Assembly (NCBI GenBank): GCA_902630355.1
Contig: CACOUL010000003.1
Span: 14,284 to 78,283, forward strand
DNA from: Planctomycetaceae bacterium
Lineage (GTDB): Bacteria > Planctomycetota > Planctomycetia > Pirellulales > UBA7805
DNA: 64,000 bases
Direction of reading: 5' to 3'
In this document: piece by piece, positions 48,496-57,311 of the stretch
Layout of the letters: each line of letters begins with the position of its first letter
Numbering within the stretch: the stretch's first letter is position 1
Translations under genes and position numbers: made by a program
Notes under the pieces: model-generated
Told to the model about the DNA's origin: nothing
The model's input: only the letters and a program-made list of their open reading frames with translations
Database searches by the model: none

Positions 48496-49212
48496 TTATT
48501 TTCCAGACACATTGTCGGGATCGGTTGAGCGCAGTTGTTCGGCGAAAAGTTTGCGAATTTTTTTTACCTTCGGTTCAATCACGGCTCGACAGTAGCGCAT
48601 CCCTTTATTGCCGCGATAAAAGTCCTGGTGTTTCTCTTCCGCCACGTAAAACGTGGTGAGTGGTACCACTTCGGTGACGATCGGTGTGCGAAATATCTTT
48701 GCGGCATTCAGTTTTTGAATCGCTTCTTCGGCAATACGTTTTTGTTCCTCATCATGATAGAGAATGATAGAACGGTACTGAGGACCCACATCGTCACCTT
48801 GACGGTTCAAAGTTGTCGGATCGTGACTTTGCCAGAATGCTTCCAATAACTGCGGGTAAGAAACTTTATCCGGATCGTACGTGACCTGCACTACTTCAGC
48901 ATGCCCAGTGAGGCCGCTACAAATATCTCGGTAGCTCGGATTGGGGAGGAATCCTCCAGCGTATCCGGAAACCACATCCTCGACCCCATCGAACATTTCG
49001 AGGACGGCCTCGGTACACCAAAAGCACCCGCCACCAAAAGTAGCGAGCTTAAGTTTTTTTGAATCCAAATTGTTTTCGTTCACGGAGGATGCTCCCTTGG
49101 GTGACGCGGGAGACTCGGGTGGTTTCCCCTCAGAATGTGGGAATCCAGTACACACCAGGGTTCCGGTCAGAACGGCGATAGACAATGAATGAAAAATACG
49201 GTTGCAGCGCAT
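48496..49212 (-). CDS. msrA: peptide-methionine (S)-S-oxide reductase with N-terminal export signal
   Basis: The active site is ATFGGGCFWCTEAV and the MsrA core is full length. It is preceded by a hydrophobic leader (IFHSLSIAVLTGTLVCTG) and a Pro/Ser linker. Confidence 0.9.
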   Translation of the reverse strand: MRCNRIFHSLSIAVLTGTLVCTGFPHSEGKPPESPASPKGASSVNENNLDSKKLKLATFGGGCFWCTEAVLEMFDGVEDVVSGYAGGFLPNPSYRDICSGLTGHAEVVQVTYDPDKVSYPQLLEAFWQSHDPTTLNRQGDDVGPQYRSIILYHDEEQKRIAEEAIQKLNAAKIFRTPIVTEVVPLTTFYVAEEKHQDFYRGNKGMRYCRAVIEPKVKKIRKLFAEQLRSTDPDNVSGK

Positions 49213-49227
49213 AAGTGGCTCTGAAAA

Positions 49228-49884
49228 TTAATCTAGCTTGTTTAAAAAGTCGTTAAGGGACCGGTCAGTGGAATCGCCCTTTTCGATTCCGTTCTCCTGT
49301 TCCTTTTCTTTGAAGAGGACATTTTCCCCCGGCGAATCGTGCGATTGTTTGCCGGAGAGTGATGACTCGTGATCAACATTTTTCGGCTCATCGCACTCTC
49401 CCTCAGGCTCAGCGGAACCTTCGCGGGATCCGAGTGCATTGAGCATCGAGTCATCGATACCGAGAAAACTTCCTTCGATGGTCTCTTTATAGTGTATATG
49501 CGATTTCGACTCGGATTCGGAGTCTTCGGGAACATCGTTCAGGACCCCGTGCTCCCCCGTATACGGGTCTTGTGGAAGTTCGCGTCCAGCGGTGGAGTAC
49601 ACCACTTTGAGCGTCACCGGTCCGACGGTGAGGAAATCGCCCGACGCTATTTTAGTAACGCTATCAATCTTCTCTGCATTGATAAACGTGCCGTTTGAAG
49701 AATTCAGGTCTTCGACAAACAGGGCCCCTTTCCTCTCGAAGAGTTTGCAGTGCTCGCGACTGACGACCGTTGTGCGTACCTTGAGCGAGGCTTGACCGCT
49801 GCGACCAACCACCGTCGGTAATTTGAGAGGAATTTCCGCTTCTGCGGCTCCCTCGACGACAACGAGTTTGGCTTCAATAGTCAT
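49228..49884 (-). CDS. FHA domain-containing protein
   Basis: The FHA core is VVGRSGQASLKVRTTVVSREHCKLFERKGALFVEDLNSSNGTFIN. The C-terminal half is acidic and low in complexity. Confidence 0.8.
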   Translation of the reverse strand: MTIEAKLVVVEGAAEAEIPLKLPTVVGRSGQASLKVRTTVVSREHCKLFERKGALFVEDLNSSNGTFINAEKIDSVTKIASGDFLTVGPVTLKVVYSTAGRELPQDPYTGEHGVLNDVPEDSESESKSHIHYKETIEGSFLGIDDSMLNALGSREGSAEPEGECDEPKNVDHESSLSGKQSHDSPGENVLFKEKEQENGIEKGDSTDRSLNDFLNKLD

Positions 49885-50133
49885 AAGTTTGTAGCGAAAT
49901 TAATGTCGGCAGCACCCTAGTTTCCCGAGTTGAGAGACCTCTTCTCGCATTCTAAGAGAAGCCCGCTACGGTTACAATCAGATGGCGCATGGGGTGCGAG
50001 AGTTCGACGTCAGGGGGGCATCGGTAGGCGGTCTTTATTTCTGTGCTTTTTTTCGAGACACCGTGTTTTTGTATGAAGGACAGGGGTTCACCGACCAACG
50101 CAGCGTACGGTTGAATGTGAGAGAGGCGAAGGA

Positions 50134-51906
50134 ATGAATATTATCGGACTCAATGCCTACCATGGTGATGCTGCAGCGGCGCTGGTGATGGATGGGCAGT
50201 TGGTGGCCGCCGTGGAAGAGGAGCGATTCAATCGGGTCAAACACTGGGCGGGGTTTCCTGCCGAGTCCATTCGCTGGTGCCTGGAAAAAGGCGGAATCGG
50301 TCCGGAGGATGTGCATCATGTCGGAATCTCATTCGATCCAAAAGCAAATGTCTGGCCGCGGCTCGCATTTCTTGCTCGCTATCGACCGTCGCTGGCGGCC
50401 GTCATCGATCGACTCAAGCGGCAAGGAAAAACACTGGGCCTTGTCGATCAGTTTGCCGAAGCAGTGGGTGTCGATAAATCAAAGATCAGCGCTCGATTTC
50501 ATCGTATTGAACATCATGATGCGCACGTTGCGGCAGGTTTTCTGATTTCTCCCTTCGAGCAGTCGGCGGTACTTTCGATCGACGGCATGGGTGATTTCAC
50601 GAGCGTTCTCACCGCAGAGGCAAAAGGCTCCGCCTGGAAGGCAATCGATCGCGTTTACTATCCGCACTCTCTGGGGTTTCTCTACAGCGCGATTACGATG
50701 TATCTCGGATTTCCTCACTACGGTGACGAATACAAGGTAATGGGCTTGGCGCCCTACGGGGAGCCGGAGTTTATCGAGTTGTTCCGCAAACTCGTATTTC
50801 CGAAAGGAAATACCTTTGAATTGAATCTGGATTATTTCACACATCACCGGCGCGGTATCCGCATGCAATGGAATGACGGTGCGCCCCGAGTTGAGCCGTT
50901 TCACAGCGATCGTCTTGAACGAGAACTCGGTCGTATGCGTAAGCCGCAGGAAGAAATGACTTCGCGACACGACAATATTGCCAAGTCGCTTCAAGTGGTC
51001 ACCGAGGAAATTATTCTGCACCTGCTTCGCTCGCTTCAGCGTTCGACCGGTTCGAAGAATCTTTGCCTGACCGGGGGCGTGGCGATGAATTCGGTGGCCA
51101 ATGGAAAGGTTACATCGGAAACCGATTTCGAGAATGTTTACATCCCGGCGGGCGCTGCCGACAACGGGACATCCTTCGGCGCTGCGTTTTATGTCTGGAA
51201 TCAAATCCTTGGTCGCGAACGGAATTTTGTTCAGGACCATGCCTACTGGGGCTGTGAGGCAACCGACTCGGAGGTCGCCGATGCCACGAGCGCATTGGGC
51301 ATTCCGAGCGAAATTCTATCGCAAGCACAACTCATTCGGACTGTCGTCGACCTTTTGCTCGATGGCAAGGTCGTAGGCTGGTTTCAGGGACCGATGGAAT
51401 TTGGTGCCCGCGCACTCGGCAATCGGAGTCTCCTTGCCGATCCCCGTCGCACCGACATGCGAGATATCATCAATTTGCGGATCAAGTTCCGTGAGAAATT
51501 CAGACCCTTTGCTCCAAGTATTTTAGAGGAGCATGTGGGGGAATGGTTTACCATCGATGAGCCGACCCCTTATATGGAAAAGGTTTTTCCCATTCGAGCC
51601 GAAAAGCGGGAACAGATACCCGCTGTGACGCACGTTGATGGAAGCGGGCGACTGCAGACCGTATCGCGCAGAACGAATGCTTTGTATCACGCGCTGATCA
51701 GCGAGTTTTTCGCGCGGACCGGGGTCCCCATTCTGCTCAACACGTCGCTCAACGAAAACGAGCCGATCGTAAGGACACCGCTAGAAGCGATTCGTTGCTT
51801 TCTGCGGACCGATATGGATGCGATAGCGATTGGTGGCCACCTGATCGATCGACATGCGGCTAATTTTCCCGAGCAATTTCGACAGCGGGTGAGTGAGACG
51901 GTTTAA
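50134..51906 (+). CDS. carbamoyltransferase (NodU/CmcH family)
   Basis: MNIIGLNAYHGDAAAALVMDGQLVAAVEEERFNRVKH, GGVAMNSVANG, and the C-terminal YrdC/Kae1-like pattern LLNTSLNENEPIV are present. Confidence 0.88.
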   Translation: MNIIGLNAYHGDAAAALVMDGQLVAAVEEERFNRVKHWAGFPAESIRWCLEKGGIGPEDVHHVGISFDPKANVWPRLAFLARYRPSLAAVIDRLKRQGKTLGLVDQFAEAVGVDKSKISARFHRIEHHDAHVAAGFLISPFEQSAVLSIDGMGDFTSVLTAEAKGSAWKAIDRVYYPHSLGFLYSAITMYLGFPHYGDEYKVMGLAPYGEPEFIELFRKLVFPKGNTFELNLDYFTHHRRGIRMQWNDGAPRVEPFHSDRLERELGRMRKPQEEMTSRHDNIAKSLQVVTEEIILHLLRSLQRSTGSKNLCLTGGVAMNSVANGKVTSETDFENVYIPAGAADNGTSFGAAFYVWNQILGRERNFVQDHAYWGCEATDSEVADATSALGIPSEILSQAQLIRTVVDLLLDGKVVGWFQGPMEFGARALGNRSLLADPRRTDMRDIINLRIKFREKFRPFAPSILEEHVGEWFTIDEPTPYMEKVFPIRAEKREQIPAVTHVDGSGRLQTVSRRTNALYHALISEFFARTGVPILLNTSLNENEPIVRTPLEAIRCFLRTDMDAIAIGGHLIDRHAANFPEQFRQRVSETV

Positions 51907-51988
51907 AGTGTAAGGCAGAACGTCTTAAAAGCGACTCGGCGGTAATTTAAAGAGAGCAAAGGGAGCGCCCCTCGGGGGTGATGAACAC

Positions 51989-53536
51989 ATGCGGCAGAGA
52001 TGTAATTTGCGAATTGTCACGGTATTGTTTCTCGCGCTGTGTTGTGGCAGTGGTACCTCGGATGCCGACGACGGTTTTGTGCCGATCTTTGACGGCAAAA
52101 CACTCAACGGGTGGTCAGCCCCCGATATGCGTTATTGGTCCGTACGCGACGGTGCGATCACAGCGGAGTCGAGCGAAGCGCTGCCCTGCAAGCGAAATCA
52201 ATTTCTCGTTTGGCAGCTCGGCGATCTCGACGATTTTGAGCTGCGACTTAAATTTCGCATCATGGGAGGCCCATCGGCAAATTCGGGAATCCAATTCCGC
52301 AGTCAAATTGCCGAAGATGGACATGCGCTCGGCTATCAAGCAGATATTGACCGGGCCGGCACCTACTTGGGCCTTCTCTACGACGAGCACGGTCGAGGTG
52401 TGCTGGCAAAGCGGGGCGAAAAGACGGTGATTGATCCCGATGGGAAGAGACAAACCAGTGCACTCGATGTCGAGCAAGCACCGGTCGATTTAGCAGGCTG
52501 GAATCAGTATCAAATCATTGCCTGCGGTTCTCGGTTGACCCTGAAGATCAATGGCGTGACGACGGTTGAGGTGATTGACGACGAAAAAACGCAGCAGGAT
52601 TTAAGTGGCAAACTTGCCTTACAAATCCACTCCGGGCCTGCGATGACCGTGCAATTCAAAGACATCGAACTCAAGCGGCTGCCGCTTTGTGGAGATCGAA
52701 AAAAGGTGGTATTCATTGCTGGTGGTCCTTCGCACGCCAGTGGCGCTCACGAGTTCAATGCAGGAGTCAAGCTTTTGGCTGATCGCTTACGAAAGAATGA
52801 CTCGGTCAGCGTGGCAAGTTATCACGACAGTGGATGGCCGAAGGATCCAACCGCCCTTCAAAATGCGAACGCATTGATCGTCTACGCCGACGGCCTCGGA
52901 TCGCATCCCTTGGTGGGGCACTACGAAGAGATTGATCGTAAAATACGCCAAGGGATGGGCCTAATGTGCATGCATTACGCAGTCCATGTGGAACCGGGTG
53001 TCGCGGGAGATTTTTTCAAGCGGTGGATCGGTGGCCATTATGAGTCGGGTTACTCAACGAACCCCCACTGGGATGCACGCCTCGAACCCAACAATACGCA
53101 CCCCGTAACGCAATCACACCGGCAGGCAACAATCAACGACGAGTGGTACTTCTCGATCCGCTTTCCACCGGATGCGGAGATCGTCCCTTTGCTCGAGGCA
53201 GTTCCTTCGGACGCGGCCCGCGCAAAAAACGGGTACCCGCCAGTGCCGTACCCTCACATTCGGGAGGCGAAAGGCCAGAAGGAAATTCTGATGTGGGGTC
53301 TCGAGCGAGCCGACGGGGGCCGGGGTGTTGGCTTTACGGGAGGACATTGGCACCACAATTGGGCACATGATCTCCAACGCGATGCGGTACTGGCCGGGAT
53401 TCTCTGGGCTGCCCGAATAGAGCTTCCTGAGGGAGGAGTCGCGTCGGCGGCGGTCACCGAGGAAGAGCTCAACAGCAACCTCGACAAAAAACCGACGATG
53501 GTTCGGGTGCGGCTGCCAAAGACTTCCGCAAATTAG
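51989..53536 (+). CDS. exported DUF1080 (3-keto-disaccharide hydrolase-like) domain fused to a ThuA-like domain
   Basis: A signal peptide is followed by FVPIFDGKTLNGWS ... WSVRDGAITAES ... NSGIQFRS ... LALQIHSG ... VQFKDIELK, which is DUF1080. The C-terminal half (KKVVFIAGGPSHASGAHEF ... ALIVYADG ... MCMHYAV) resembles ThuA-type domains, but less certainly. Confidence 0.65.
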   Translation: MRQRCNLRIVTVLFLALCCGSGTSDADDGFVPIFDGKTLNGWSAPDMRYWSVRDGAITAESSEALPCKRNQFLVWQLGDLDDFELRLKFRIMGGPSANSGIQFRSQIAEDGHALGYQADIDRAGTYLGLLYDEHGRGVLAKRGEKTVIDPDGKRQTSALDVEQAPVDLAGWNQYQIIACGSRLTLKINGVTTVEVIDDEKTQQDLSGKLALQIHSGPAMTVQFKDIELKRLPLCGDRKKVVFIAGGPSHASGAHEFNAGVKLLADRLRKNDSVSVASYHDSGWPKDPTALQNANALIVYADGLGSHPLVGHYEEIDRKIRQGMGLMCMHYAVHVEPGVAGDFFKRWIGGHYESGYSTNPHWDARLEPNNTHPVTQSHRQATINDEWYFSIRFPPDAEIVPLLEAVPSDAARAKNGYPPVPYPHIREAKGQKEILMWGLERADGGRGVGFTGGHWHHNWAHDLQRDAVLAGILWAARIELPEGGVASAAVTEEELNSNLDKKPTMVRVRLPKTSAN

Positions 53537-53544
53537 AGTCTCAC

Positions 53545-54333
53545 GTGGTTCAGATGACGGCGACCGATGCGATGGCTATCGAACCCTTGCTCGAATTTCG
53601 CCAGGTCTCGTATGAGGCGGGCGGCCGGAGAATTATAGATCATCTGAATTGGACTCTCGAAGCAGGACAGCATTGGGCGCTGCTGGGTCCGAACGGGAGT
53701 GGAAAGACCACGCTCCTTCGACTGGCGACAGGCTACCTTTGGCCGAATGCCGGCGGTGCGATCTGGCGATGCGGCGAGCGATGCCTCGATTTACGTAAGT
53801 TACGAACGAGTATCGGTTGGGTTGCATCGCATCTGCTCGCCGCAGTTCCTCCAAGCGAGGTCGTGACCGATACGGTGTTGAGTGGCCGTTTTGCCGAGTG
53901 GGGCCTTCGTCCTTTCTCCCGACCGCTGCTGAGTGCCCACGACCGAGAGCGGGCCGATGAAGAGTTGAGGCGTCTGGGTGCCGAGAGCCTGGCCTCCCGC
54001 CCTTTTGGTGTACTCTCCCAGGGAGAGCAACAAAAAGTTATGATCGCTCGCGCGCGGATGGCCGACCCGCTCTTGATTCTTTTGGATGAGCCCTGTGCGG
54101 GACTCGACCCGGGCGGTCGCGAACGATTTTTAGCCGATCTCGAAGTGTGGCTTTCCGAGTCGATGGCACCCCGTGTGGTTTTCATCACGCACCACGTCGA
54201 GGAGATTTTACCCGCGATGACACATACCATGGTGCTTTCGCAAGGGCGTGTGGCCCGCTGTGGACGCAGCGAGGAGGTCATCGATGCGGCTCTGCTTGAG
54301 GGCACATTTCAGGCCCCCCCCCTGCCGCATTGA
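53545..54333 (+). CDS. ABC transporter ATP-binding protein (orphan, ModF-like)
   Basis: Walker A is [13 protein letters not shown], the signature is LSQGEQQKVMIARA and Walker B is LILLDEPCAGLD. There is no adjacent permease gene. The ORF starts with GTG, and an ATG lies at 53554. Confidence 0.85.
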   Translation: MVQMTATDAMAIEPLLEFRQVSYEAGGRRIIDHLNWTLEAGQHWALLGPNGSGKTTLLRLATGYLWPNAGGAIWRCGERCLDLRKLRTSIGWVASHLLAAVPPSEVVTDTVLSGRFAEWGLRPFSRPLLSAHDRERADEELRRLGAESLASRPFGVLSQGEQQKVMIARARMADPLLILLDEPCAGLDPGGRERFLADLEVWLSESMAPRVVFITHHVEEILPAMTHTMVLSQGRVARCGRSEEVIDAALLEGTFQAPPLPH

Positions 54334-54400
54334 GTTGAGCGGTGGCCGCCGGTGGCCGATCTGGGGACCTGACAGCGAACCTTAGCACCAAGTCGCTCTA

Positions 54401-55903
54401 CTATCGGGGGCGTGCCGGCGAAGGACTCCCCGGAGGTCTTTGGAGCAGAGCCGCAGGCCGGCGACTCGCCTCCAGTTCCTCGCGCGCCGTCTGATAGGCA
54501 ACATGCAACCTGCGGACGACTTCAGGATGCTGCTCGGCAAGATTTGTCGTCTCCCCGACATCGGCCACGGTGTCATAAAGTTGGACCGGGTGCGTCGAGA
54601 GCTGTTCTCTACGGGAGGGTCGATCTTCACGCTTTGTGCCCTCTTGCCATGGGTAGTACTTCCATTTGCCGCTGCGGACCGCTCCGGGACCGTGAAGAAG
54701 ACAATAGGATTCGTGCGGACTCTTGGCGCCCGGCTTCCCCTCCATCAGCGGCCAAATGTTCTTGCCGTCGATCGGTTTCTCGGGCAACGAGCTGCCGGTG
54801 AGGAACGCGAGGGTGGGGAGCAGATCCACACTCGCGGCCACCTGCCGACAGACCCGATCCGCCGGAATTTTTCCGGGCCACCACATCACGGTCGGCTCGC
54901 GGATGCCACCATCGTAAACGCTTCCCTTCCGCGACCGTAGCGGCAACGAGGATCCAACGGCCGCACCGTTATCGCTCGTAAAAATCACCAGTGTCTGCTG
55001 CGCGATTCCGCCCCGCTTCACCGCTTCGAGGATCTGGCCCACCGACCAGTCGACCTCTTCGATGGCATCCCAGATCAATCGATCGGTTCTATTTTCAAAC
55101 TCTTTAGAAACCGCCAGCGGCAGGTGCACCATGGTATGCGGCAAATAAAGAAAGAAGGGCCGCTTTTCCTGCGACTCGATAAACCGGATAGCTTCTTCGG
55201 TGTAGCGTTTCGTCAAAGTCGTCTGGTCAGCCGGATATTCTATAACTTCCTCACCGCGCATCAGCGGCACCCAGTTTACATGTTTGTGGCCCCGCTTGAG
55301 TTGCTCGAGGGAAATCCCTTCGCGAAGGACGATATCGCGCGAAAGTTTGTTGGCCGGATCAATCCACATATCGTTGCTGTAAGGAATTCCATAGTAGGAA
55401 TCAAAACCTTGCATGGTCGGCAGGCACGGAGGCAGATGCCCCAAATGCCACTTGCCAACGCAAGCCGTTCGGTAACCGACATCGCGAAGCATCTCAGCAA
55501 GGGTCACTTCGTCAGGATGCAGACCCCGCTCACTATGCGGAAAAAGTACTGCGTCCATGCTGAGACGCTGATAGTGGGTCCCGGTCAAAAGTGCGGTCCG
55601 CGACCCGGAACAGACGGCACAGCCGACGTAAAAATCGGTGAAGATCATCCCTTCCTTCGCCATTTGATCGAGGTGGGGCGTGCGAGGCCCGCTGGCACCG
55701 TTGAAGCCGACGTCGCCATACCCCATATCATCGATGAAGATCAAAATGACATTCGGCGGCAGTTCTGCCGATCGCTCAGTTTTTTCTGCCGCTGCCACGT
55801 ATGGCAGACTGGCATCCGGAAGAAATAAAATCAGTAGTGCTGCTAGCACCACCGGGAAGCGACTTCTGCAAGCGACGTCATTCAGCGGATGGCAAATTCG
55901 CAT
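54401..55903 (-). CDS. sulfatase (formylglycine-dependent, arylsulfatase A-like)
   Basis: The leader begins at the internal ATG 55903. It is followed by PNVILIFIDDMGYGDVGFNGA, the FGly motif CSGSRTALLTG and GKWHLGH. Confidence 0.9.
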   Translation of the reverse strand: MRICHPLNDVACRSRFPVVLAALLILFLPDASLPYVAAAEKTERSAELPPNVILIFIDDMGYGDVGFNGASGPRTPHLDQMAKEGMIFTDFYVGCAVCSGSRTALLTGTHYQRLSMDAVLFPHSERGLHPDEVTLAEMLRDVGYRTACVGKWHLGHLPPCLPTMQGFDSYYGIPYSNDMWIDPANKLSRDIVLREGISLEQLKRGHKHVNWVPLMRGEEVIEYPADQTTLTKRYTEEAIRFIESQEKRPFFLYLPHTMVHLPLAVSKEFENRTDRLIWDAIEEVDWSVGQILEAVKRGGIAQQTLVIFTSDNGAAVGSSLPLRSRKGSVYDGGIREPTVMWWPGKIPADRVCRQVAASVDLLPTLAFLTGSSLPEKPIDGKNIWPLMEGKPGAKSPHESYCLLHGPGAVRSGKWKYYPWQEGTKREDRPSRREQLSTHPVQLYDTVADVGETTNLAEQHPEVVRRLHVAYQTAREELEASRRPAALLQRPPGSPSPARPR

Positions 55904-56038
55904 CTGAGATATCCCCGTTCGATCATCCTCATCACTCCACACACTCTACGTCATTCTCTCGCGCCTTGAAGGTGTGGAAAAGGCCGGACAAGGGAGATTT
56001 GCTCTTGCTGCCCGTCGCGCGATTTTCTACAAGCCAGC

Positions 56039-56383
56039 ATGGTATTACTCGGAATATGTCAATCGAACGGCCGATGGGTCATTCTGCTGTTGTTGCTCGG
56101 TCTACAACTCGTCGCTTCTGCCCCGAGCGGTGCCGAACCTCCACCTGCGAACGATAAGCGATCGCGAGAGCTTCGCGCAATGTTGACCGTGGGGCTCATG
56201 CCCGCTTCTCCCGCGCAGGAAGCCTTTCTCGACAAAGTCGTGTTTCTCGTCGCCCGACAAACCCTCTCGATGGAGATGGTTCAAGGAACCTTCATCTGGG
56301 CACGTCGGCAGGCTGACTGGCCCTATCCGTATTTCGAGCAGGCGCTTCGACGACGGGCAAAGCGATTGAAGATCGAAATATAA
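56039..56383 (+). CDS. hypothetical exported protein
   Basis: 114-aa ORF with a signal-like segment (WVILLLLLGLQLVASAPSGA). No family was recognised. Confidence 0.35.
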   Translation: MVLLGICQSNGRWVILLLLLGLQLVASAPSGAEPPPANDKRSRELRAMLTVGLMPASPAQEAFLDKVVFLVARQTLSMEMVQGTFIWARRQADWPYPYFEQALRRRAKRLKIEI

Positions 56384-56424
56384 CGATCCCGACGTCGGGC
56401 AATGCCCACTTCTGCTAATGAGTG

Positions 56425-57033
56425 CTAACGAGACAAAAATTCGACAACCATATTTTCGTCCACTGGCAGGCTGATATCCCCTCGCGTTGGCTTTTGCTGG
56501 ATCGTAATCCGCAGCGTTTCCACATCGACGGTCATCCAGTCACACGGTTCGCCTTCCGACTCTTTCTCCATATGGTGATACAACTGCAAAATATTTTTGC
56601 GATTGCGTACCTGAATCACATCGCCTGGACGAACGTGAAAAGAAGGTTTATTGGTACGTCTTCCATTAACGAGAAAGTGGCCGTGGACAATCCCCTGACG
56701 GGCCTGTGGTCGCGTGCGGGTCAAGCATGCTTTCCGGACCACATTGTCTAAGCGACATTCGAGAAATTCCAGCAACAGTTCGCCGGTTCTTCCAGGTTTA
56801 CGCGAGAGGGCGGCAAAATATCGACGGAGTTGCCGCTCACCAATGCCATAGAAGTGTTTGATCTTCTGCTTTTCGATCAAACCCTGCCCGTAGGTAGAAA
56901 GCTTACGGGGCCTGGTGTGCATCCCCGGCGGTTCGGGGCGACGGTCGAATGCACGTGCCGCCCCACCATTTTCATAAATCTGGGCACCAAGCCGCCGATT
57001 GATTTTACCTTTTGCGCTAGTATAGCGTGCCAT
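56425..57033 (-). CDS. rpsD: 30S ribosomal protein S4
   Basis: The N-terminus is MARYTSAKGKINRRLG, followed by LSTYGQGLIEKQKIKHFYGIGERQLRRYF and an S4 RNA-binding domain. A GGAG Shine-Dalgarno-like element lies 8-11 nt upstream. Confidence 0.95.
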   Translation of the reverse strand: MARYTSAKGKINRRLGAQIYENGGAARAFDRRPEPPGMHTRPRKLSTYGQGLIEKQKIKHFYGIGERQLRRYFAALSRKPGRTGELLLEFLECRLDNVVRKACLTRTRPQARQGIVHGHFLVNGRRTNKPSFHVRPGDVIQVRNRKNILQLYHHMEKESEGEPCDWMTVDVETLRITIQQKPTRGDISLPVDENMVVEFLSR

Positions 57034-57059
57034 TACGATGTCTCCTATAAAAACAAGTC

Positions 57060-57082
57060 ACAGACCAGGTGTTCTGGTCTGT
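57060..57082 (-). promoter_or_regulatory. 9-bp stem / 5-nt loop hairpin in the rpsD 5-prime leader
   Basis: ACAGACCAG-GTGTT-CTGGTCTGT is a perfect inverted repeat read directly from the sequence. It lies 27-49 nt upstream of the rpsD start codon. Its function is only inferred. Confidence 0.3.
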
Positions 57083-57311
57083 TGGGCAACGACCGCATCG
57101 TCTGCCGGTCATCAATTGCCCACGGAGGTCCAATACGAACCCTCCATGATGCGTGAATTTGATTCGTTTTCAAGTGGGCTGCGGAACAGCGGCCCGGTGG
57201 CCCGGAAGGTGCGGAGGGTGAATTTTTATCCATCGCGAAAAAATATCGTTTTTTCGCTGTGTTTTTACCGTGGAGTGTCCCAGTTTGCATCGCAGTTAAA
57301 GATCCAGTCCG

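Noticed and set aside
50479-51240. A 253-aa minus-strand ORF. Similar long antisense ORFs occur at 6526..7167, 28031..28621, 28948..29547, 30014..30649, 30396..31073, 34793..35554, 38602..39285 and 55124..55828.
   Set aside because: Each lies opposite a gene with strong family motifs (carbamoyltransferase, argS, the YfcH-like gene, hemH, the methyltransferase and MOSC genes, dprA, mtnA, the sulfatase). Each has an Arg/Pro/Gly-biased composition characteristic of antisense frames.
54314-54322. A run of nine C residues as a potential slipped-strand frameshift switch.
   Set aside because: It lies within the last seven codons of the ABC ATPase gene, so a length change would alter only a few C-terminal residues. 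Similar 7-8 nt G/C runs (25114-25121 and around 47171 and 57326) also look incidental.
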